From NCBI GenBank assembly GCA_016748015.1, contig JAAOMT010000597.1, forward strand, positions 248,001-312,000: a DNA stretch of 64,000 nt, read 5' to 3'. The DNA comes from Geosiphon pyriformis uo1 (lineage: Eukaryota; Fungi; Glomeromycota). Of the stretch, positions 1-10,834 are shown one piece after another. Numbering within the stretch: position 1 is the first letter of the stretch; each line of letters opens with the position of its first letter. The translations under genes and the position numbers were made by a program. The notes under the pieces were generated by a model. The model had not been told where the DNA came from. It saw only the letters and a program-made list of their open reading frames with translations, and made no database searches.

Positions 1-3000
1 GTAACAGAATCAGAAAATATAGGAGCAAACCATTTAGGATTTGCAAAATCCTTATTTTAACACTATTGTCAATACTTGGGATTAAATCACAATCATATAT
101 TTGCTGAATCAGCCTTCAATTTCTACATTAATGAAAAGATTTTCTCTTTATTAAGAACACCAGTGAATACTAAATCAGCAAGAAAAACTTTCTATAGGGA
201 GTTAATTCAAAACACCAACCTGCCAACAAATCATAATTTCACATCCATCATCACTGAGATCAACAAAAAAATTGAACACTACATGCAACAAAGATATTCA
301 ATTACATACGCTAGTAAAGGCAAGAGAAAACTACAAACACCAGCAGTAACATCCAGAAAAATACAGCCACCTACTTGGAAGAAAAACAGAATTGAATTTC
401 CAAGCAATCCATCCTATTACTATACACCTGGAAGCACCATCAACATATCATCAACAGATGTGCTTCCATCAACTGCGACATCAGCATTTGGACGATTCCC
501 ATTCCAAAGTAGACAAAGGAAAACAGAATTATTAGGACCATATGGTGAATATTTTAAGGGATTTAATTCACAATTATCAACTCCATTAGGACTTCAATCA
601 CCACCACCTTCACCAGATTTCAGAATCTCTGATCCATGGGAAGCAGCAGAATCAGAAAAAGAGAAAAAAAAATCAGAGAATCAAGAATTCACCTACCAGC
701 ATCCAATCACTGAAAACCTGGAAGTTAAAACCTTGAATTTTTAAATTCAGCAAAATCTAAATCTAGAAAATTCGGAAATTGAAACTCTGAATCATCAAAG
801 GCAGAACAGTCCAAACCCCGAATTAATTAATCAGCAAAACCTACCTTCAGTAATTGTCATCGATCAATTGCTGATTAATTTCATAGCCGAACTTATACAA
901 CAGCCACTTCAACTACCACCCCAACAACCAGTACAACAACAACTGTTTCAACAACCACCACAACCACCTAACTTAGATTCAATAGCCTACACACCAATCA
1001 CAAAACTTGACAACTTTACGGGTGAAGAGGATGACACTCAAGTATGGCTGAATGATATAAAAAAGGCCATCACAGCCAACAGATGGAATGATGTTTAAGC
1101 AATGCAAGCCATTTCCTACTTTCTCAAGAATACCGCCAATTCATGATATCAGAGCTTGGTTAATAAACCACAAGATTTCAATGCCTTCAAAGTGGAATTC
1201 CTAAGATACTTCAACAACAATAATAGCATCAATCGCCTAGTTAATACATTTACCACCATGAAACAAGAAGAAACTGAAGTGGTTACCACTTACCTAGGAC
1301 GCTTCCATTGAAATCTGTGCCAAATTCAAGCAATTAATGCCAACTATTTCACAGCCCCACAGATACTCAACCAGTTTATCTGTGGCCTGCACAGCAGCAT
1401 CTTGTAACATGTACGTTCATTACATCCAGGCACTCTTCAGGACACAGTCACATGCACCAGAGATTTTGAATCTGTTGAGTCAGAGGCTAACCACACCCAA
1501 GCCATTAATCTAGTAATAAACGGATCATCTAAATTGGATTCCAAATTGGAGAAGTTTAGTGAATCAATTAATAAGAGATTGGAAGGATACTTAGCTGACA
1601 ATCATGCCATTTATCAGCCTTCACAACGATGCAATAATCAAGGAAACTCTAATTGTGCCCAAAATCAACCACATCTATCTTCATCAACCAATCAACAGTG
1701 GCAACAGGAAACACATATCTGCCACTATTGTAATAAACAAGGACATATCCAAATTGACTGTCACCAGCATTTAAATAACCAATGATCAGGAAATTAATAT
1801 CAAAACCCTGATCGCCAGTTCTCAACTCCGAATCATCAATCAAACTTAACTCAATATCAAACTACTTACCTGCCAATGATGCAGCAATCAATTTATCAGC
1901 CACCAGTATATCAAGCTCCAATTTATCAACCAATGACCCCAATTTATCAGCCACAGTCACAGGTAATGTATCAACCACAACCGCCAACAATCTATTAACC
2001 CCAAACAATTCAGACCCTGCCACAAAACTTACCGGCCAGTGAAGTTCAAAGACCGAGAATCACGCAGCAAAACTGGAAATTGTTGATAGTAGTTCATCAG
2101 CCGATCTCCAGCTCCTTCAGTCAAACAGAATCTTGTCAATAGAATTCAAGCACCGGGAATTCCCAAAACCCGAATTTCCAGAACTATTAAAGTCTCCTGG
2201 TTATCCCAGAAGATGTCTCACCTAGCAACCAGGAACCCACCCAAAAACAACAAACACATACCAGCAATATTTTACCAGCAACAGTTACCAACAATGAATC
2301 ACTAGACACCATTTTTCCCTTTAAACTTGAGGAACCAACAATCATGCCATTATTTAGTGGAGCCACACTGGAAGAAAAGCCAATTACCACCATGTACACT
2401 GATGTGAAAATTGATGGCCATTACATCAAACTAATTCTTGACAGTAGTTCAGCAGGCAGCATCATCACATGACAACTTATGGATCAATTAGGTCACTGAG
2501 TTGATCGAGCTACTAGCGCCAGAATCATCACGGCTAATGAAGTGACCAAAACTCCAATCAGTAAAATCAATGACTTACCAATCGAAATTAATGGCATCAT
2601 AGTACCAATCAAAATACTTGTTATAGAAGCCACCCAATACCAAGCTCTAGTTAGTAATGACTGGCTGTTCAAGACGAATGCCACTCTGGACTAGAATACA
2701 CAAGAGCTCCAACTCAGCCAGAACGGGCAACACACACAAGTACCAGCCACGTATGGCCACTTCAAGACTACCAACACCATGGCACCACTAATCAACTTTG
2801 AGGAAGAAAAACAAAAACCTACCTGAAAAGCCTACCAAGTGTCGTGGACTGACAAAAAGCACAATAAGCTGTCGCCAATACTCTTTTGGGATGACAATGG
2901 GAAAGGGAAGCAAACAAACAAACTTACCTGGAAAACTAACGATCTGACTTGGACTAACAACAAACAGGAAAAACCATCAAGTTGGGAGTGGAAAGAAGAA

Positions 3001-6000
3001 AAGGGAAAAGGGAAAGAGAGGGAGGAAGAAAACATTCAAGCCAATAACACTTATATCCCATACACCTACAGTCAACAACAATCATCAACCTATCGTTGAC
3101 CCAAACTGATATGTGTTAATTGTGGCAAGAAACTGTTGTCAATGGGCGCATGCTATGACGATAATGAAGAATATCAGATGGCAACCAAATTCTATTGCCA
3201 CGCATGCCGTGTTGAACGTTTTGGAAGAACAAAATAAGTGGGAAAATGGGATAATACACCATGTATAGCCTGTGGAGAAACTCTCCTCAACAAAGGAATG
3301 TGGAATAACATTCTGGGAAGAGGAGGAACATGCGACGTGTCCTGCCAATACACGATCTTCATCAGTGACTGGGTCAAGAAAAGAACACCCATAGAAGCCG
3401 CCTGGAGAAGAGCTGTACAGCAATTGGACAGTTGTCCACATGACAACAATGAAATATGGTGAATGGCAATCACCAAAATTGAAGACGTGTTGCCAGAAGA
3501 AATCAGGACAATTAAAAACAACCTACCAGAAACCATCAAGCTCGACTGGGACACCGAACCAGTCATAAATTTTCTGGAACCAGAAGAGTTCCATGAACAC
3601 TACCAAAACTTGGCACCCACTAGAGAAGAGCAAAAATAACGGCTAGCACAGTTAAATACAAGACTGTGTCGTCATTGTTTAATTCCCAGTGATTTTGAAT
3701 ATTTTGAATATTGTGACAATTGTGACCTCATTTACAATCCACCACCACGCATGATCTACATGATCTCTGAAGAAAAAGAACCAATCAGCAGCTGTGCATC
3801 GGAATCAGAATCGCTGATTAATTGCGATCCCGACTCCGACAACAATGATGAAAACACCAGTTCTAGCTCCATTCAAAATGACAATGACAACAAAAACAAT
3901 TCAAACTCAGATTCAAACTCTGATTTAAACTATGAACAATACATTGTACTACCAGATCTCTCCAAGGAACAAGAGTTGAAATGGTATAGTGACAATAAGG
4001 AAGGTATTATGCCAGAATGTGCGCATGATACTGATGCAGGATTTGATCTGAGATATTTAGGAACAGAAGCCATCATATTGGAACCACATTTATGCACCTG
4101 CATTGATCTGAAAGTAGCACTAGAAATTCTGGCAACAACAATGGTTCAATTAGCATCTAGAAGTAGTTTAGCGAAAAGAGGGATTAATATAAAAAGAGAA
4201 ATAATTGACACAGGATATGTAGGAAATATTATTGTCATACTACAAAATAACTCCAAAAAGGCCTATATTATAGAGCCAAACAAAAAGATAGCACAGACAA
4301 TATTCCTGCCTCTGGTTAAAATAGCTCAATTAGTATCAGTGGGAAACAGGGAAAAATTAGAAATAACAGCAAAAGGGATACAGGGATTTGGATCAATGGG
4401 TAGAATAGAGGTACCAGTTAATATGGTAGAGAAAAAAATTGTTGGCCAAGGAGAAATTATCTCAACCGGTCAAGCTATTTCCATTTCACCATATAACCAG
4501 TACATGCTAGCAATAGAAAGGAAAAAAAAAGACCAAGCACAAATTTTTGAAGCAGAAGCCAGTCTTTGTGAATCAGGAGAAGTTGGACTCATTAATCTCC
4601 ACATACCAGCCAAAGATTACAGCCACATCAAAATTCCCATCTACAACAATACAGGAAATGTCATAGAAATACCAGCCAGAACTATTATTGGATACTTAAA
4701 CACTGAAATGAAGGATTAACAACCAAACCCCATTCCAGACTTTCCACAACTTTGTGGATATGTTGATATCACCTCACAAACAATATATGAATAAAGTGAA
4801 TGTCATTTGCTCCAATCAGAACAATTGGAACAAATGAACATAAGAAACTTAAATCCACTCCAATGTATGCAGTTCAAGATGTTGCTTAACCAGTTCAATG
4901 ACATTTTTGCCAGCGAAAATAAGTTTGGCTGAACTGACATCATCCAGCATCAGATTAAGACTGGAGATGCAATGCCAATTAAACAAAGAGCATACAGAGT
5001 GCCACCAGCCAGCCACGAGATTATTCATCAAGAGATAAACCGAATGCTTGACAATAGGCTAATTCAGCCATTAATGAGCCCATGGTTATTACCAGTGGTA
5101 CTTGTCCATAAGAAAAATGGAAAGATCCAATTTTGTGTGGACTACAGAAAACTCAATAGTGTAACTCGTGAAGACAGCTATCCAACTTTACGGATACAGG
5201 AATTATTTGATGCTTTTGGCAGAAACAAATGGTTCTCAATGTTAGACTTAGATAGTGATTACTGGCAAGTAGCCATGAATCCAGCCGACAAAGAAAAGAT
5301 GGTATTTACCACGAGAGAAAAGAATTTTGAATTTGAAGTAATGCCATTCGGTTTAACCAATGCACCAGCCACTTTCCAACGGCTAATAGAAATTGTCTAT
5401 ACTGGCTTATTGTGGAAATCAGTAGTTGTATACTTGGATAACACCAATGTATTCTTAAAAACATTTGATAATCATCTTCATCATCTTCAACAAATGTTCG
5501 AAAGACTAAGAAGAGCAGGGCTAAAGTTAAATGCAACAAAGTGTTTCTTTGTCAAGACAGAACTAAACTTCTTGAGACACATAGTCAGCAAAGATGGCAT
5601 CAAAACAGATCCAGAGAAAATAGAGATAGTAAAAAACTTTCCAGTGCTGACCAATATGACAGAACTGAAATCATTTTTGGGATTTCCCAGCTATTATTGA
5701 CGTTTTATCAAGAACTTTTCCAAAATAGTGCAGCCATTCAACCAACTGCAAACCAAGAATACCAAATATGAATGGGCAGAAAGTCAACAAAAAGTTTTTG
5801 ACATTTTGAAAAGAAAGCTCATTCAAGCTCCAGTACTGATTTATCCAGATCACAGCAAACCATTTATTATCACCACTAATGCATCCGGCCAAGCATTGGG
5901 AGCAGTGTTATCTCAGAGAAGACCAGATGGCAGAGAACATCCAGTAGCATATGCCAGCAGAGGTTTAATGCCAGCCAAAAAGAACTATAGAACACCAGAA

Positions 6001-6232
6001 CAAGAACACTTAGCAATATACTGGGCAGTCATGAAATGGAAAGAATACTTGAGCCAGAAGTTTGAAGTATACACAGATCACAAGGGATTAACATCACTCC
6101 AAAAACAAGAATTTGGAGATGGAAGACAATCAAAATGGAAAATAGCACTCACACCATATAATTATACTATACATTACAAAAAAAAAAGACAACAGAAATG
6201 CTGATGGTTTGTCATAAATGAGACAAATCTAA
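1..6232 (+). pseudogene. gag-pol: A1 ORF1: Gag-protease-Cys-rich domain-dUTPase-RT-RNase H polyprotein in a single frame, many premature stops
   Basis: ORF fragments at 76, 868, 1534, 2839, 3238, 3751, 4972 and 5728 are all in frame 1. Motifs: zinc knuckle CHYCNKQGHIQIDC (1720-1761), protease LILDSSSAG (2431-2457), RT FCVDYRKLN / MPFGLTNAPATFQR / VYLDN, RNase H TNAS..ALGAVL / VYTDHKGL / NADGLS. A 2-nt deletion in the A-run near 6180 shifts the last codons. Terminal TAA at 6230-6232. Confidence 0.93.
4006..4405 (+). pseudogene. dut: dUTPase domain within A1 ORF1 (homologues in A2 ~14900-15300, A3 ~33080-33480, A4 ~38660-39054, A5 ~59010-59402)
   Basis: All five trimeric dUTPase motifs in order: AGFDL, SRSSLAKRG, IIDTGYVGNI, KIAQ, KGIQGFGSMG. 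Confidence 0.92.
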
Positions 6233-6294
6233 GAACATTTTAACACAAAAATATAACAAAACCAGAACAATACCAACGAAAAATATAACAAAAG

Positions 6295-7677
6295 ATGAAC
6301 ATACAAAAATATTAACAACTGCAACATTATATAAACACTTAACAGTTCAAGGAAAATTTATCTCAAATAGAACAAAAGAGTATCAAACAACAATCAAAAT
6401 ATTTTATCACTCACCAAAATATACTTTATTAGAAAAATAGAAAAAATCCAGATCAACCAACCAGAGTAGTTACAGAACCAGAAAAAGAGACAATATTTTT
6501 CAACATGCACTCAAATTCAACAGCAGGACATTTTCACAAAGAAGCAACCATGGAAAGAACCAGAAAAAGATACTATTGGTCATCAATATATTCAGACATC
6601 ATCTAATATGTTCAAAATTGTGATGCTTGTCAGTGGAAAGGAGGTACGAAACCCAGTAAACAATTAAGACCAATCAAAATAGGACAACCATTTGACTGTG
6701 TTGGAATTGATTTAGTTGGACCATTAACAATTACCAGTGGAGGAAACAGATACATATCAGTAGCCATAGACTATCTTACTAAATGGCCAGAGACGAAAGC
6801 AATTCAAAGAGCAGATGCAAAATTCATTACCAAATTCGTTCATCAGGATTTGATCTGTTGACATAGATGTCCAAAAGAATTATTATCTGACCAAGGAACT
6901 CATTTTGTGAACAAAACATTAACAGAATTGAGCCAAAGATTCGGAATTAAGAGACCATTATTATCATCATACCATCTACAAACCAATGGATTAGTCAAAA
7001 GATTCAACAGAACATTGTGTGAAGCAATAGCTAAACTCAGCCAAGAAAACCAGAATGATTGGGATTTGTTAATACTATCAATACTATTTGCTTATCGGAC
7101 AATGAAGCAAGATACTACACAAACAATGCCATTTGAATTAGTATATAGTAGAACAGCAACACTACCAGTGGAAATAGAAGTTAGCACATATCCAACCAAA
7201 TCAATAACAGAAGAAAATTTCAAAAATACATTGTTGAGAAAAACATATGACTTAATGGAAACATTAGAAAACAAACGACAAAGAGCAACTGATAACATAC
7301 AAAAGTCACAAGAGAAACAAAAAAAAAGACATGATAACCAACTACCAGATAAACCAGTTAAATTCCAGATTGGAGACAAAGTACTCTTACATCATACCAA
7401 AGTGGAAAAACAATGAAATGGAAAATTTGATCCCAAATGAAACAGACCATTTCACATAGAAGAAATTTTAGGAAATGGAGCTTACAAATTAAGACTGGAT
7501 AACAAAATTTTAACCAAAGCAGCACATGGAGATCGACTGAAACCATACCACAACATCACATTACTATCTACCAGTAATATTCTACAATTAAGAGTACAGA
7601 GAATATTAGTCCAACCAGATGAGATTCCACGAGATCTGGAATCAATCATTATTATTAACAACAACATGTTAAATTGA
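6295..7677 (+). pseudogene. int: A1 stand-alone integrase ORF (~460 codons)
   Basis: Starts ATG AAC ATA CAA (MNIQKY). HHCC (HS..TAGHF...CDACQ), DDE (GIDLVGP, LSDQG, QTNGLV.RFN) and a GPF motif. Ends at a TGA conserved across copies. No chromodomain. Confidence 0.9.
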
Positions 7678-7731
7678 TTCAGCAAAAGAATATATAAAGA
7701 CACAGTAGATGTGACAGGAAATATCAGAAAA

Positions 7732-8361
7732 ATGGAAATTACAGACAACATTCACTTACTAGTACACCAACTCTTTCAGTTGATCCAACACCAGGAAATG
7801 GAGATTACAATCAATCAACAAACCATTTGATATCAAGATACTAAAAAGACATTGCAACCCAGAACACAGAAGAAAACTGAAAATACAGTAGACAAAATTA
7901 TTGCGAAAGTAAAATTAGCAATAAAAGAGTCGACAAAAAAGGCACTATATCAAGAGTTAACTAAAGAAACTTGGAATTGGTGAATATAACAATTTCCAAG
8001 AAACTATTGTTATTTTTACTTGGGACAACACATAAATATCCAGAATTTATATACAGATAAAACAAAGTGATTATTTGACAAAAGAATACTACAACAATTA
8101 GAACATTTTGTGGGAAAAAACAACTTATCCACACAGGCCCGAGCCATCTACCAAATACACACAGTGTTTTAAGATAGACCAGAAATATTACTCAACAAAG
8201 CAATGGATATGGTTACCAGTAATCAATGAGAAAAGATCACCAATGCTCAATTTGAAAAATTACAAACCCAAATAACGCAAGTAATTCTTGAAAATGAAAT
8301 CCAAAAAATACTTCAGGAGAAGGAATTAAACAAGTTGGATTTTAATGGAGCTCAATATTAA
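7732..8361 (+). pseudogene. A1 ORF3, unknown ~209-aa protein between integrase and PPT
   Basis: Manual translation gives MEITDNIHLL...NYCYFYLGQ...QARAIYQIH...DFNGAQY*. Collinear homologues in A3, A4 and A5 show conservative substitutions. Confidence 0.8.
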
Positions 8362-8374
8362 AAGGAGGGAATAA
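8360..8374 (+). other. Polypurine tract of A1
   Basis: AAAAGGAGGGAATAA directly abutting the LTR start TGTTAC. Confidence 0.9.
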
Positions 8375-9301
8375 TGTTACTCATAGAAATATAGAAAATA
8401 TATTAGCATGAGTAGTAGCCAATTAGAAGTAGGCATAGTAAATGTGGAATTCCAGGATTTCTTTCAGGAATTGCAGAATTCCAGGAATTTCAGGATTCCC
8501 CGACAAGAAATCGCAGGATTCTAGAATTCCAGGATTCCTCTCAAAGAAATCACAGGATTTCAGAAATTCCAGGATTCCTGTTATAAAGAATCAAGGAATT
8601 GAGGAATCTCAATTATGTATATATAGCAGCAGGATTAGAAGCTGAAAAAAGAGACCTCTCAGTTTAGATTTAATCTAAGCAACATTCCAGTTCCCAATCA
8701 TCAAATAAATAATTATTTCATATCTCAATCCACTCTCTACTATCAACATGAAGTGTTGATAGTAATTGATACTTAACCATGCTGAAACAATAGCTCTTGA
8801 TTATGGCTATTGACGAGATACTAATGTACCAAATTGCCTTGGCATATTTCTTCTATTTTCTTTATTTTATTTTCATTGTTTTATTTTCTTTCTTTTTGAT
8901 TTTGTTGTTGTGTACTAATTGATTAAAAGATTAAGCACTGAGTTATTGACGTCAAGGATAGCCTGGTAAAAAACCCAGAAATAAGGGTAGGATTTTTATA
9001 TATTATCGGATAGCTTATCAGAAGGGCACAACTGCCAGACTAAATCTGGCCACCATGCTGAGAAAGAAATTGGAAAAACTCTTGGAAGGATACATCTACT
9101 ATTGACATTATTGAATTTCTGTCCATTATACAAAGAACTCCATCAAAACCTTCAGATAACAATACCTTCAGATAACAATACTTTCAGATAACAATACCTT
9201 CAGATACAACACTTGCAGAACCTTATCTACAAAAGTAGCTTTTGAGCACCAAGTTACAGGTTTGTTATTTAATTTAACAGCAGAAATAATCACCTGTAAT
9301 A
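8375..9301 (+). repeat. A1 3' LTR (927 bp)
   Basis: TGTTAC...GTAATA termini, CCAAT-like box ~8418, GGAATTCC-rich tandem array, TATA ~8619, AATAAA 8704. Closely matches the solo LTR at 50204-51043. Confidence 0.92.
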
Positions 9302-9480
9302 ATGGATAACTCGCTAAATACTCCACTTGAATGAATTTGACTATGATATTCAACATCACAAAGGAGCTAATCATCAAAATGCTGACACTCTCTCCAAACT
9401 TATCATCTAGTGACAGAACAACTCTCTCAAACCAAACCAACTTAATTATTAGTAATTCCCTCTTTTTGACAAACACAATA

Positions 9481-10793
9481 ATGGACTTGGACAACTACTC
9501 TGCCTTAATAGAATTTTTGAGTAAAGGACAATACCCACTGAAATACACATGACAACAAAGAGAACATTTGCACAAACAATCAAATTTCTATTTGATTCGC
9601 CAGAACCAACTTTATAAAAGAAATAGAAAAGATCCTGACTGCCCCTAGAGAGTCATCAGATTTGAAGAAAGAAAAATTGTGATCTACAATATGCACACTG
9701 ATTCATTAGTTGAACACTTTGGAAAAACAAAAACAATTCAGAAAACTTTAACTTGTTATTATTGGCCTATCTTGGAAAAAGACATTGCTGAATACATTAA
9801 AACCTGTGATATCTGCCAAAGAAGAACAAAACCCAATCACAAAGAAGATATCTATTCAATCTCTGTTGGTCAACCCTTTGACAGAATTGGTATAGATGTT
9901 GTTGGACCTTTAACAATAACTCCTGATGGCAATAAATACATTATCACAGCTACCAACTATCTTACAAGTGGGTAGAAGCAAGAGCCACTTCAGACCAAAC
10001 AGCAGTCTCAATAGCCAATTTCATTTATGAAAATATCATTTGTCGCCATGGCTGCCCCAAAGAACTTTTATCTGACAGAGGAAGAGCTTTTTTCAGTACA
10101 CTTGTTGAAAAACTTTGCAGAAAAATGGAAATATGTCACAAACTTTCCTCTCCTTATCACTCCCAAACAAATGGCCTAGTGAAATGTTTCAATAAAATAC
10201 TATGTGAAACTCTAACCAAAACCAGCAAAGAAACAAACTTATAAGACAAAGTACTGTCTTCAGCTTTGTTTGCCTATAAAACTGTGAATCATAACATAAC
10301 AAGTTATAAACCCTTTTATCTATTCTATGGACAAATGGCAACCTTACCAATAGAAACTGACATTGAGACAATATCCTTTGAACAAATAACAATAGGAAAT
10401 TACAAAGACATTTTGCAAAAAAGACTTGGTACCATTCTTGACTCATTAGTAGAAGCACGGATAATTGTTTTTGAAAAAATAAAACAATTCTAAGAAAAGC
10501 TTAAGAAAAAGAAAACATATAAAACACTTTCCTTAAGTGTTGGTGACTTAGTTTTAGAATACTGTTCAGACAGAGACAATGTCTATGGTGATAAATTCTC
10601 TAACCAGTGGAAAAAACCCTTTATAGTTAACAAAGTTTTGAATAATGGTTCTTATATTTTACAAGATCAATATGGAACAATTTTCAATGATCACCCTATT
10701 CATGGCACACAACTTAAGAAATATTACAAATGACCTGATTGGTTATCTGTTGTGGTAATACCGACCCAAATGATCAACAAAAATCAGATATAA
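9481..10793 (+). pseudogene. int: B1 stand-alone integrase ORF
   Basis: Starts MDLDNYSALIEFL. HTD..HFGK...CDICQ, GIDVVGP, LSDRG, QTNGLV. Ends ...KNQI*. Confidence 0.9.
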
Positions 10794-10834
10794 ATAAATG
10801 CACCATTCCCAAAACAGAGGTATCTTCAATTGAC

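Larger units (their letters stand above)
1..9301 (+). mobile_element. Ty3/Gypsy LTR retrotransposon, family A, copy A1 (5' end outside window); inserted into copy B1
   Basis: Domain order gag-PR-dUTPase-RT-RH-IN. PPT at 8360-8374 and 3' LTR at 8375-9301. Sequence resumes in family-B RNase H at 9302 (ATGGATAAC, cf. B2 ~20930-20940 on the - strand). Confidence 0.95.

Noticed and set aside
1783-1785. Possible gag stop or read-through site in family A (TGA in A1 and A4)
   Set aside because: A5 has CAA and A2 has TAA at this codon, consistent with decay of an ancestral CGA.
7732-8361. ORF3 as a retroviral env
   Set aside because: Too short, with no signal peptide, furin site or transmembrane segment.
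8442-8645. Small ORFs in LTRs (also 34390-34611, 50777-50974, 27652-27957, 43831-44058)
   Set aside because: Translations of U3 tandem repeats or low-complexity DNA; frame and length are not conserved among LTRs.
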